From: Chthoniobacterales bacterium
GTDB taxonomy: Bacteria; Verrucomicrobiota; Verrucomicrobiia; Chthoniobacterales; UBA10450
Length of the DNA stretch: 64,000 nt
Direction of reading: 5' to 3'
Assembly: GCA_035630155.1 (NCBI GenBank)
Contig: DASQLH010000344.1
Location: 2,880-66,879, forward strand
Every line of letters starts with the position of its first letter. Positions within the stretch are counted from its first letter, which is position 1. Under the pieces are notes generated by a model. That model had not been told where the DNA came from. It did not search any database and saw nothing but the letters and a program-made list of their open reading frames with translations. Position numbers and translations under genes: made by a program. Positions 49,127-58,261 of this stretch are shown piece after piece.

Positions 49127-50518
49127 CTAGACGCCTGGCATCGCCTTCTTCAACGGTTTGAGCAAAACCAGCAGCACGATCGCCATGAACAGCGCTGCGC
49201 CGCTTAAGGTCAGCCAGAAGGTCGAGTGCAGCCAATCGTCCCAGAGCTCGCCGATCTGGGTGAGCTTGTTGCCGATGGCCGTGGCCACGAACCAGCCTCC
49301 CATCATCACTCCACGAAACCGGATCGGCGCGACCTTGGAGACGAGCGACAAACCCATCGGCGACAGCATTAATTCGCCGAGCGTCAGCACGCCATACGCT
49401 CCGACGAGCCACGCCGGCGAGACTTTGAAAGCATAAGGGTCGCTGCCGGTTACCGTCGCTTCTCCCACGCGGGCGGCGATGAAAAGGATGAAGAACGAAA
49501 GGCCGGTCAGCATCATCCCGAATGCCATCTTCGTGGGCGTGGAAGGCTCGAGTCCTTTGCGGTCGAGCCAGCGCCAGAATGCGACCAGCGGGAAGGTTAA
49601 GACAATGACCCAACCGGCGTTGAGCGCGAGAGAGATGATGCCGGAAGCTTTCCAATCCGTGTTGTCATTCGCCCAATAAGTCAGGGTTGAGCCGTTTTGG
49701 TGGAAGACCATCCAGAAAACAATCACGATGAGAAACACGACAATTAGCGCGCCGATCCGTTTCCATTCCGGGACAGCATCCATCGTATCCTGACGGCTGG
49801 CATTCAGCTCGGCTTGCCGGCTCACCGCAGTCGGCGCCGCATCGACCGTGACCGCGGCGCTGTCGGCTGTTTCATCCGCGCTCACCTGTCCGGGGCGATC
49901 GGTCCCCACGATGTGGCGCTTAAACTTCCACAAGATGAAGACCGATATGGCCATCCCGCCGGCCGCCACGGCGAAGGCGGGATGATAACCCCAATTGCGC
50001 TGCACGATTTCGGCCGTCACCGGGGCGAGAAACGCGCCCACGTTAATGCCCATGTAAAAGATGTTGTAAGCGCGATCCTTGAGGTGGCTTCCTTCGCTAT
50101 AAAGATTGCCGACCATCGCCGACACGTTCGGCTTGAAGAAACCGTTGCCGATCACCAGACAGGTCAGCGCGAGGTAAACGACCGGGATCGAGCGAATGGA
50201 AAGGAGGAGGTGACCCGCCATAAAGAACAGGCCGCCGATCATTACCGCCTTCCGATAACCAAGCTTCCGATCCGCGAGCCAGCCTCCAATCAACGGGCTG
50301 GCGTAAACGAACATCAGATAATTGGCGTAAAGCGCGGTGGCGCTGTCCACGGACCAGGCAAATCCCTGCCCGGTCGTGTCGCGCAGGTAGAGCGTGAACA
50401 TCGCCAGCATCGAGTAGAAGCTGAAGCGCTCCCACATCTCCGTTGCGAAAAGCACGTAGAGCCCCTTCGGATGTTTTTCCTCATGAGGCGGCGCGCCGGT
50501 GATTGCGGTCGTGGTCAT
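49127..50518 (-). CDS. POT/PTR2-family di/tripeptide:proton symporter
   Basis: The family signature is ATEMWERFSFYSMLAMFTLYL (ExxERFxYY). 463 aa, about 12-14 TM spans. Confidence 0.9.
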   Translation of the reverse strand: MTTTAITGAPPHEEKHPKGLYVLFATEMWERFSFYSMLAMFTLYLRDTTGQGFAWSVDSATALYANYLMFVYASPLIGGWLADRKLGYRKAVMIGGLFFMAGHLLLSIRSIPVVYLALTCLVIGNGFFKPNVSAMVGNLYSEGSHLKDRAYNIFYMGINVGAFLAPVTAEIVQRNWGYHPAFAVAAGGMAISVFILWKFKRHIVGTDRPGQVSADETADSAAVTVDAAPTAVSRQAELNASRQDTMDAVPEWKRIGALIVVFLIVIVFWMVFHQNGSTLTYWANDNTDWKASGIISLALNAGWVIVLTFPLVAFWRWLDRKGLEPSTPTKMAFGMMLTGLSFFILFIAARVGEATVTGSDPYAFKVSPAWLVGAYGVLTLGELMLSPMGLSLVSKVAPIRFRGVMMGGWFVATAIGNKLTQIGELWDDWLHSTFWLTLSGAALFMAIVLLVLLKPLKKAMPGV

Positions 50519-50574
50519 ACGCTGGTTGTCCCTCTCTCAGAGGTTTAGCATTCCTGACGGGAACTAAAAGAGTT

Positions 50575-51354
50575 TCACTCGGAAAAATCGCGCGCGGGAT
50601 CCTGGCGGAAGAACTGGCTCACCGCGGCATAGAGCTCCGGATGCCGTTCGCGCAAGGCGCGCGGCAGCTCGAAGAAAGCTTCGGTGACAACGGCGAAGAA
50701 TTCCGCCGGGTTGGTCGCGCCATAGATATCGAGCACGGTCGGCGAGCCCGCGTCCGCGGCGGCGCGCAACGCTTCGAATTCCTTCTTCATCACCCGCGCC
50801 CAGGCAAGGTAATCGCTTCGGGTGGCCAGGGGAGGCGCGCCATCGGTGCCGTAATCTTCAAAATCGAGCTGATGAGCGAATTCGTGCAGGACGAGGTTTT
50901 CGCCATCCGAAGGATCGAGGCCGCCCTGCTTGGCGGCGTCCCAGGCGAGCACCAGAGAGCGCATGTGGCGTTCCGTATGCCCCAGCAGGTCTTCGCCGCC
51001 CTCTTCCCAAACATCGCCGCCGACATAACGATCGCCGGGCACGGTGTAACCGGACGGGTAAACCAAGATCGAAGTGAGCTGAGGGTAGTAGTCCGTTTTG
51101 CGATGAAGCAGGAGGAGACACGCCTGTGCGGCGATGGTAACGCGAATCTCATCGGTGAGCTCGAGGCCTCCGCAGCCCTCAAAGTTCTTTTCCGCCAGGA
51201 ACACCTGAACGTGACCGAGGAGCTCGGTCCGATCTTCTGGCGGAAGTTTGCCAAAGATCGGAACATTGCGCGCCAGGATCGAGTGCCACGCGGACGGGAT
51301 CAGCCGGGCCCGTAGTCGTTCTCGGCGACGCTCTTTCGGAAAGCGGAAAATCAC
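50575..51354 (-). CDS. zinc-dependent peptidase, MtfA-like (M90 family)
   Basis: NLVLHEFAHQLD zinc motif, the overall length, and the N-terminal RRERLRARLIPSAW... pattern typical of MtfA-like proteins. Confidence 0.75.
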   Translation of the reverse strand: MIFRFPKERRRERLRARLIPSAWHSILARNVPIFGKLPPEDRTELLGHVQVFLAEKNFEGCGGLELTDEIRVTIAAQACLLLLHRKTDYYPQLTSILVYPSGYTVPGDRYVGGDVWEEGGEDLLGHTERHMRSLVLAWDAAKQGGLDPSDGENLVLHEFAHQLDFEDYGTDGAPPLATRSDYLAWARVMKKEFEALRAAADAGSPTVLDIYGATNPAEFFAVVTEAFFELPRALRERHPELYAAVSQFFRQDPARDFSE

Positions 51355-51393
51355 GCTGGATAGTAGGGCTTAACACTGCCCCAATCATGTCTT

Positions 51394-51517
51394 CTGTAGC
51401 CGGTTCGCTATGCGAAGCGCGGGAACGACGCTCGCAGCTCAAGCCCGCGCTGCCCACCCGCCTTCGCTTCGCTTCGGCGTGGCAAACAGGGCAGCGGCTA
51501 CAGAAGAGAGGCTACAG
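51394..51517. repeat. intergenic palindromic repeat, copy B (long form)
   Basis: CTGTAGCCGGTTCGCTATGCGAAGCGCGGGAAC at 51394-51426 is near-identical to copy A. GCGGCTACAG lies at 51494-51503, with a second GGCTACAG at 51510-51517. Confidence 0.7.
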
Positions 51518-51525
51518 CAAAGCGC

Positions 51526-53964
51526 CTACCGGATATTATAAATTTCCACCACGCCGACGCCGTTGTTCTTGCCGCGGACGATCGCGGTGTATTGGCCCGG
51601 AGCCACGACACGGTAGATGGCCGACTCGAGGTCGTTAGTCGGTGCAACGCCGGTGGCTTCGATTTGCGCGCGTTCCGGCGAATCCTTCCAGTTGTCGTTG
51701 CTCGTAATCGCGGCGCCGTTGGCGTCACGCAACTCGAGAAGCGGGTCGTCGATCGCGTTCGGCAACTGGCTCTTGAGCGATGGGCCGAGCGCGCGCACGA
51801 GGATCGCGGTGTTGGCCGGATGATGGCCCGCAATGAAACCGCCGATCAGGACGTTGTCGCCGGTTTCGATAAAGCTGCGCGAGCTGATGTTGGCCAGGAG
51901 GGAATTAACCGACAACCCGAGATCGTAGAGTTCGACGAGCGCGATGCCGGTGGTGTTATCTTTTCCTTTCACGATCGCGGTGTAGGCGCCGGGCGCGAGG
52001 TTGCGCAGGATCGCTGATTCGTTGTCGTGGCTCGGGGCGATGCCGGTCGCTTCGATTTGGGTGCGCTCCGGCGAATCCTTCCAGTTGTCGTTGCTGGTCA
52101 CGAGCGCGCCACTGCTGTTGCGCAATTCGAGCACCGGATCCTGCATGCGGCCGGTAACCGGGTTGCCGCCGACGTTCATGGATGGACCCATCGCGCGCAG
52201 CAGCACTTGCTTCGGATCTGTGCCGGTAACAATGAAGCCGCCGATCAAAACGTTGTCCGCTGTCTGGACATGGGCGCGGCTCGAAATATTGAGCAATTGC
52301 GCCGGCACCGGGACGGGAGTCGTCCCAATGGCCAGGTTGACCGCCGCCAACGCGTCGATGCGGCCCCAGCCGTAGGTGTTGTTCGGCACCTGCGTGGCGC
52401 TGTCCCCGCCACAAGCTTCCGTCGTGGCCTTCTTTTCGGCGCTTTGCTCGATGATCTCTTCAATGCGATCGACATTGCCGGCCAGTGCCGGGTTCGCGGA
52501 GATGACTAGCGCGACCAATCCCGCCACGTGCGGACCCGCCATGCTGGTGCCGCTGAGGCTGCCATACTCGGTATCGCTTCCGCGCAATGCGGAACGGATG
52601 CTGGAGCCGGGCGCACTGATATTCGGCTTCAAATAAAATGGCTCGGCCGGATTTTCCGGATCGATCGCCGCTGGACCGCGGCTGCTGAAGCTCGAGGCCA
52701 AATCGGTCGTGTGCGTTGTCGACCCCACCGTGAACGCCTCGGGGTAGCGCGCCAGCGGATGAAAGATGGTATTGCATTCCGGGCCGTCGTTCCCGGCAGA
52801 CGCGACATAAACAATGCCCGCGGCCCGGCTTGCTTTGAGTGAATCGCGGAGCGGATTTGCCTCGGGCGGACAACCCTCGAGGCAGCCCCAGGAATTGTTG
52901 ATCACATGCGGCGCTTTGCTGGGGTCAGGGTCCGCGCCGTTCACTTTAGTGGGCGCGAGGAAGAATTGCATGCACTCCAGGTAAGTGGGGACGTTGCCGA
53001 CGCCGTTGCTCATGTTGCGGCAGGCCATCCATTTGGCTTCAGGGGCCATGCCGATCTGGTTGCCGGCGCCGTCGTCACCCGCCATCGAGCCGACCGTATG
53101 CGAGCCGTGGCCGCCGCCCAAAATCTCATCGTCGTCACACGGCAAAGGCGAGGGCTGGCCCGCGCCGAGGACGCCGCCGGGATTACAGGCGTTCAACGGT
53201 TCGGGCGGCCAATTCGGAATGTGGATCGCGTCGTGCCAGTTGTAATCGTGGGTCGAAGTCTCGGGCGTGCCGCCCCAGCCGCGATACTGGTTCCGGAGCG
53301 CATTATGCGTGAACCGCACGCCGGTGTCCGCCCCAGCCACGATCACGCCTTGCCCGCGGTAGCCCATGGCCCAAACTTCGGGAGCTTTTACCTTGGCCAG
53401 GCCCGGCTCAGCAGCCGTAACCGCATTGGGTGAGGAAGGACCTTGGCTGCCGTCAGCCGCGGAAGCGGAAGTCTGTTGCGGCGGAAGTTTCACCCCGCCT
53501 TTGCCGACCGGATGAATGGCGGCGACTTCGGGAAGTGCGGCCACGGCTTGGACAACCGCAAGGCTGCCCTTGGCCCAAAGCGTATTCGAGATCCAGAAGG
53601 ATTGGAACGGCGCGCCGAGCTGAGTCAGCGTCTGCTTCACGTTTGCCTGCGTCGCTTGCGCCGTGCTGGTCAATTGTTGATAAACGTATTGACCCTTCTC
53701 CTCCTTAGTTGTGAGCGCGCTCGAGCCGCTCAGGTCGGCCTGCTGCTTCATATAAATAAGGAATTCGGTCTCGGCCAGACCCGCGGCGCTCAAGACATTG
53801 GCATCCACTTTCGTTTGCCAGGATGACGCGTTGACCGCGTTGGCATTCGACGGCGGCGCCGCGAAACCAAAATAGACCATGAGCGTGGCTGCGAAAAAGA
53901 AGGCGCACCCCGTAATCGCGCGGAGATTGAAAAAGCCGGATTCCGAGACCGTTTTCGTTTGCAT
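51526..53964 (-). CDS. secreted S8-family subtilisin-like serine protease with the same two-module C-terminal tail
   Basis: The ATG at 53964 gives MQTKTVSESGFFNLRAITGCAFFFAATLMVYFG (signal). The catalytic triad contexts are VAGADTGV (D), GGGHGSHTVGS (H) and LSGTSMAGPHVAG (S). The tail is about 80% identical by hand alignment to that of the 45570 product. Confidence 0.88.
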   Translation of the reverse strand: MQTKTVSESGFFNLRAITGCAFFFAATLMVYFGFAAPPSNANAVNASSWQTKVDANVLSAAGLAETEFLIYMKQQADLSGSSALTTKEEKGQYVYQQLTSTAQATQANVKQTLTQLGAPFQSFWISNTLWAKGSLAVVQAVAALPEVAAIHPVGKGGVKLPPQQTSASAADGSQGPSSPNAVTAAEPGLAKVKAPEVWAMGYRGQGVIVAGADTGVRFTHNALRNQYRGWGGTPETSTHDYNWHDAIHIPNWPPEPLNACNPGGVLGAGQPSPLPCDDDEILGGGHGSHTVGSMAGDDGAGNQIGMAPEAKWMACRNMSNGVGNVPTYLECMQFFLAPTKVNGADPDPSKAPHVINNSWGCLEGCPPEANPLRDSLKASRAAGIVYVASAGNDGPECNTIFHPLARYPEAFTVGSTTHTTDLASSFSSRGPAAIDPENPAEPFYLKPNISAPGSSIRSALRGSDTEYGSLSGTSMAGPHVAGLVALVISANPALAGNVDRIEEIIEQSAEKKATTEACGGDSATQVPNNTYGWGRIDALAAVNLAIGTTPVPVPAQLLNISSRAHVQTADNVLIGGFIVTGTDPKQVLLRAMGPSMNVGGNPVTGRMQDPVLELRNSSGALVTSNDNWKDSPERTQIEATGIAPSHDNESAILRNLAPGAYTAIVKGKDNTTGIALVELYDLGLSVNSLLANISSRSFIETGDNVLIGGFIAGHHPANTAILVRALGPSLKSQLPNAIDDPLLELRDANGAAITSNDNWKDSPERAQIEATGVAPTNDLESAIYRVVAPGQYTAIVRGKNNGVGVVEIYNIR
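51529..52300 (-). repeat. right arm of the ~0.8 kb inverted repeat (protease tail-coding segment)
   Basis: See the left arm at 48150-48941. Confidence 0.8.
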
Positions 53965-54089
53965 GAAGTGAATTCGGCCCTGCGGTTGCCCTTGGCTCCT
54001 TCCACAATGATCTTGCGCGGTCGCCGAAAAAAGCTTTGAGGGCGGCAGCCCGGCGCAAAACGCACAGCCCAAGCAAATTGCGTTGTGCG

Positions 54090-55862
54090 TTACGTCTGCA
54101 ATGGCCAGAACAACTGAAGCGTTAGCAGGACCACGATGGTCAGGACGGTGGTTAACCCAAGTCCGACTTTCACGAAGTCCAGGAAGCGGTATTTGCCGGG
54201 CCCGTAAACAAGAATGCACGAAGGTTCGAATGGCGTGATGAACGATACCGACGCGGCCAGCATGATCGCGATCGCGAAGGTGCGTTCGTTGGCCCCGAGT
54301 TGATGCGCGGCGCTGATCGCGACCGGCAGGACCACGAGAGCGGCAGCGGCGTTCGACATCGGTTGCGTGAGAATAATCGTCAGGACAAAAAACCCGCCGA
54401 GGATCGCGAGAATCCCGAACGGCTGGAACCACTGCACAATGAGCCCCGCCAGGTAGGCTGCGGCGCCGGTCTTGTCCATCGCCGTGCCGAACGCCGTCAT
54501 GCCGCCGATCAGGACCAGCAACCGCCAGTCGACGAATTCATAAGCGCGCTCGATGCTGATGCAGCGCAACAGGATCGTGAGCACCGCCGCGGAGAGAAAC
54601 GCGATCGAGAGCGGCACCCAGCCGAGGCCGCCGATGAGCACCGCCGCGCCGAAGAAAATAATAGTGAGCAATCCTTTACGCGGGTGATAGAGCGGCTCGC
54701 TGACTTCACCCAGGAGCGAGAGTCCGGGCAGGCCGCGCAAAGAATTGATGCGCATTTCTTCGCCTTGCACCAGCAGAAGATCGCCCACGCGCAGCACGGT
54801 GTCGCTCACCTGCTCACGCAACGATTGCCCATGCCGGAAAATCGCCAGAACAGTCAGGCCGGAGTACTGCCGGAAGTTCGCCTCTTTGAGCGTGCGCCCG
54901 TGGAGCTCACTTTGCGGTGTGAGCAGGACTTCCGCGATCCGCATTTGACCCGTCTGTAAATCGAGATCGCCGAGCTTGAACTCCGGTTTGATCTCGATGC
55001 CCTCGATCTTCTTCACCTTCATCAACGTGTCGGCTTTGCCCTCGACCAGGAGCGTGTCGCCCTCGGCCAGCCGCACTCCCCGTCCCGGCAAAATTTCCGT
55101 ATCGCCGCGGATAATCTTCAGGATCTGGAATTCGAGCACGTTCAGGTCGGAGTCGTAGCTGTCTTGTCCGACCAGGGGCGAGTTCGGCAGCACGATGATC
55201 TCGCTCACGTACTCGCGCATGGCGTAATCCACCGTCAGGCTCGCCTGCTGATGCTGGGGCAACATCCGTTTGCCGATCGTCATCATGTAGGCGATGCCGA
55301 CCGCCACGATGATCAGCCCCATCGGAGTGATCTCGAACATGCTCAGCTCCGGCATGCCGGCTTTCTTGATGTAACCGCTCACCGCCACGTTGGTCGAAGT
55401 GCCGATCAACGTGCAGGTGCCGCCCATGATTGAGGCGAACGCCAGGGGCATGAGCAGCTTCGAAGGGCTAAGTGTCGCACGCCGCGCCACGCCGATCGTT
55501 GGCGGCAGGAACATCGCGGTGACGGTCGTGTTGTTCATGAAGGCCGAAGTGCCCGCCGTGCTCGACATCAGCAGGAGGAGAAGGCGGTTCGGATTTGTGC
55601 CCGCCATCTTGAGAATGCGCGCCCCGAGCAAATCGAGCACCCCCGTTTCCTGGAGCGCGCCGCTGATCACGAAGATCGCGCCCAGGATGATGATGATGTC
55701 GTTGCTGAACCCCTCGAACGCTTCCTTCGGCGCCAGCACTCCGCCGACGACCAGGGCGATCAGGAGGAGGAATGTGACAATATCGACCGAGATCCGTTCC
55801 GTCGCGAAGAGCGCGATGGCGATGACCAGCAGCAGCAGGACGAAAGCAATCGAAAGCGTCAT
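54090..55862 (-). CDS. SLC13/DASS-family permease with central TrkA-C domains
   Basis: The ATG at 55862 gives MTLSIAFVLLLLVIAIALF. Two hydrophobic halves flank a soluble insert of about 180 aa with the TrkA-C-like pattern (VLPNSPLVGQ..., LTPQSELHGRTLKE). Confidence 0.8.
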   Translation of the reverse strand: MTLSIAFVLLLLVIAIALFATERISVDIVTFLLLIALVVGGVLAPKEAFEGFSNDIIIILGAIFVISGALQETGVLDLLGARILKMAGTNPNRLLLLLMSSTAGTSAFMNNTTVTAMFLPPTIGVARRATLSPSKLLMPLAFASIMGGTCTLIGTSTNVAVSGYIKKAGMPELSMFEITPMGLIIVAVGIAYMMTIGKRMLPQHQQASLTVDYAMREYVSEIIVLPNSPLVGQDSYDSDLNVLEFQILKIIRGDTEILPGRGVRLAEGDTLLVEGKADTLMKVKKIEGIEIKPEFKLGDLDLQTGQMRIAEVLLTPQSELHGRTLKEANFRQYSGLTVLAIFRHGQSLREQVSDTVLRVGDLLLVQGEEMRINSLRGLPGLSLLGEVSEPLYHPRKGLLTIIFFGAAVLIGGLGWVPLSIAFLSAAVLTILLRCISIERAYEFVDWRLLVLIGGMTAFGTAMDKTGAAAYLAGLIVQWFQPFGILAILGGFFVLTIILTQPMSNAAAALVVLPVAISAAHQLGANERTFAIAIMLAASVSFITPFEPSCILVYGPGKYRFLDFVKVGLGLTTVLTIVVLLTLQLFWPLQT

Positions 55863-55968
55863 CGGAAGTAATCGCGGGTCACCCCTCCGCTGCGCGGAGG
55901 ATGGGCAAAACATCCGGATTCGCGAAGAAAATTCCCCGCGCGGGATGAAAAATCGCCCTCTATTTTGG

Positions 55969-56358
55969 TCAGACTTTCCGCTTCGAGCGCTCTTTCCAGG
56001 CGGTGACCGCCGAGCGAAGGAGATCTTTCAGTCCCGATTTTTCCAAGTCCGCAGGTTTGGCGAAGGCGACGTAGCGATGCAGCTTGCCAGGACCTTCCAA
56101 AAGTCCGTGCGGGTCCGGGAGCCGGGCTCCGTGAACGATACCCAGTTTCACCCCTTTTTTGCTCGGGATGATTGTGCAAAGGAGACCGCTGTAACCGGGG
56201 CCGAAGCCGTAACCAATCACCCGGCCTGTCCGGTCGAGTTCTTCCTGCGCACCAGGGACGGCCCCTTGGACGACCTCGCGCAACCGTCGTGCCACGTCGG
56301 CGATGGCGTCCGGGTATTCGCTCAGGAATTCAAGAACATCATCGTCGGCTTGCTTCAT
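55969..56358 (-). CDS. DUF1801 (YdhG-like) domain protein
   Basis: 129 aa. The DVLEFLSEYPDAIADVARRLREVV ... GYGFGPGYSGLLCTI ... KGVKLGIVHG pattern is typical of DUF1801. Confidence 0.7.
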   Translation of the reverse strand: MKQADDDVLEFLSEYPDAIADVARRLREVVQGAVPGAQEELDRTGRVIGYGFGPGYSGLLCTIIPSKKGVKLGIVHGARLPDPHGLLEGPGKLHRYVAFAKPADLEKSGLKDLLRSAVTAWKERSKRKV

Positions 56359-56409
56359 ACCGGGGGGGGTTGCTCCGAGATATCCACGGCATGGCCGGCA
56401 TCATGCAGC

Positions 56410-56928
56410 CTATTTCACGACCAGCTTCACTTTGGCCTCTTTGTTCGCGTGCTCTCCGATGTTGCAATGGGCGTCGTAAGAACCTGGTTTGAGGTCCACC
56501 TGCATGGTCTTGCTGTCCTTCGGCGCGATCGCGAACCAGAAGCTCTTGTCGAGATGTTCGCCTTCAATCTCGAAATTGTGTTTCTGCTTTCCGCTGTTCG
56601 TCACGACGAACGCTGTCTTGCCGGGGCGCAGGCTCGCCGGCATCTGAACGCCGCCGTCGGTGATCGTCACATTGACTTTGCGGGCGTCCGCATCCGGCGT
56701 GTCGATCTTGTGCTCGATCGCCTTAACCGTTTCCTTCGTCTTCTTTGCGACCGCCTTGCTGGTCTCCTTCGTCGTTTTTACGACGGCTTTGCTGACTTCT
56801 TTCGTCTTTTTCTTGGTCTCATCCCAAACCTCTTCCGTTTTCTCTGCGACGGTTTTCTCCTCCGCCTGCGCCACCGCGAAACAAAAGGCACAGGCCAGGA
56901 ATGCGATAACAAATTTCGTCGTGTTCAT
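56410..56928 (-). CDS. secreted cupredoxin-like protein with an N-terminal Lys-rich tandem repeat
   Basis: Signal peptide FVIAFLACAFCFAVAQA, then three ~11-aa repeats (KKTKEVSKAVV / KTTKETSKAVA / KKTKETVKAIE). The C-terminal beta-sandwich has HNFEIEG and YDAHCNIGEH (His/Cys/His ligand-like spacing). Confidence 0.65.
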   Translation of the reverse strand: MNTTKFVIAFLACAFCFAVAQAEEKTVAEKTEEVWDETKKKTKEVSKAVVKTTKETSKAVAKKTKETVKAIEHKIDTPDADARKVNVTITDGGVQMPASLRPGKTAFVVTNSGKQKHNFEIEGEHLDKSFWFAIAPKDSKTMQVDLKPGSYDAHCNIGEHANKEAKVKLVVK

Positions 56929-56949
56929 ACTTTATCATTCGTAGCGCAG

Positions 56950-57353
56950 CGGTCGCCCGGTTGCGCGTGAGCAGGGTCGTGACCGTGATCGATGCCGGCC
57001 GCATTCTCAATCCGCTCGCCGGCCGGAACCAGATCGAGGGCGCCGTCGTGATGGGAATCGGAATGGCGCTGTTGGAGCACACCCATTACGACCCACAGAA
57101 CGGCGCGCCCATCAACAGCAAACCTGGCCCATTACATGGTGGCAGTGAACGCCGACGTGCCCAAGCTCGAGGTGCATTTCCTCGATTACCCCGACAAGGA
57201 ACTCAATGCAGTCGGCGCGCGCGGCATCAGCGAGATCGGCTAGCCGGCGCCGCCGCCGCCATCACCTCGGCGACCCATCACGCGACCGATGTGCGCGTCC
57301 GCGAACTGCCGATCAAGCTCGAGGACCTTCTCACCTCGTCCATCCTGGCCTGA
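56950..57353 (+). pseudogene. 3' remnant of a xanthine dehydrogenase / aldehyde oxidase-family molybdopterin-binding subunit (5'-truncated, at least 2 frameshifts)
   Basis: Frame 1 reads VVTVIDAGRILNPLAGRNQIEGAVVMGIGMALLEHTHYDPQNGAPIN. Frame 2 reads LAHYMVAVNADVPKLEVHFLDYPDKELNAVGARGISEIG then a stop. Frame 3 reads LAGAAAAITSATHHATDVRVRELPIKLEDLL. Only the last ~130 codons of a normally >700-aa protein are present. Confidence 0.8.
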
Positions 57354-57499
57354 GGCGACAGCTTTTCATTTCCTCGGAAAGACATGCTTCCGCCGGTCTC
57401 TAAATTGGCTGCCCGGGATCATGAGGCCGTCCATTGGACAATAGACGTTTTCGTCAAAAACTCTCTTGGAGTGTGCATCCCACACGCTTCCTCCGCACA

Positions 57500-58231
57500 T
57501 TATCGCACCGGTGACTCACACCGCTCTTGATGGATAAGGTACATTGCGAAGCAAACCAATATTGCGAATAACTCGCCACTGTGGACGATGACGATGCATT
57601 GCTTCCACTGGAAGTTCTGTTTGTACGCGAAGACGGTTAGCCCGACGTGAATCGCGATTAGCGCGAAATTAAGTATCGTCGTGGCCGTCCCAATGGGCGT
57701 CTTCACTGAACGAACGCTGTTCTCCGCGTTCTGCGACTCCCATGCCATCGGAGCACCGCCCAACCGAGCATTGATCTTCCGTTCGATCGCCGCACACTGC
57801 CGGGCCTCGACGAGCAGCATGTACAAGTTAGACATCTGCAGGAGAAGATACGCGAAGATCACCGTAGGCAGACCGACGACGACCACCTTGACCTGCCACG
57901 AATACATGTCCTGCGAGTACGCGGTAACCGTGAGCGCGCCGCCCAAGAGTGCGCCAAGGACTGTTGTGTCGCGACGAAAATTCGAGAGGAACAGTAACAT
58001 CTCCTTCCGAAGTGTGCTGTACTCTTCCAGCGCAGCTTTCAGCCAAAGTTCGCTGTTCTCGGACTGTGGCACACCCGCACCTATAGCGATAGAACCCGCG
58101 CTTTGGAAGGCGGAAATTATGCAAAGCCGCAGTTTGCCAAAGGCAACATGGGTCAGTTTTGATGCGCGGCATTTCCGCCGCATGCCGAGAACTGCCCTGT
58201 CCAACACCGACGCAATCGAACTGGCTTTCAT
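57500..58231 (-). CDS. 4-TM membrane protein, unknown function (partner of the HEPN-like gene)
   Basis: 243 aa. A soluble N-terminal ~75 aa (..LWLKAALEEYSTLRKEML) is followed by four hydrophobic helices. It lies 30 nt downstream of, and co-directional with, 58262..59311, in a region visibly more AT-rich than its flanks. Confidence 0.6.
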   Translation of the reverse strand: MKASSIASVLDRAVLGMRRKCRASKLTHVAFGKLRLCIISAFQSAGSIAIGAGVPQSENSELWLKAALEEYSTLRKEMLLFLSNFRRDTTVLGALLGGALTVTAYSQDMYSWQVKVVVVGLPTVIFAYLLLQMSNLYMLLVEARQCAAIERKINARLGGAPMAWESQNAENSVRSVKTPIGTATTILNFALIAIHVGLTVFAYKQNFQWKQCIVIVHSGELFAILVCFAMYLIHQERCESPVR

Positions 58232-58261
58232 CCGGCTTGCCCAAGACTCACAGATCCGTTC

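Noticed and set aside
53965-54432. 156-codon N-terminal extension of the S8 protease ORF
   Set aside because: It is Arg/Pro-rich and low-complexity, overlaps the 3' end of the SLC13 permease gene, and precedes a perfectly good Met plus signal peptide at 53964.
55390-56970. 526-aa plus-strand ORF
   Set aside because: It is antisense to three well-supported minus-strand genes (SLC13 permease, DUF1801, cupredoxin-like). It has no recognisable motifs and the composition typical of GC-rich antisense frames.
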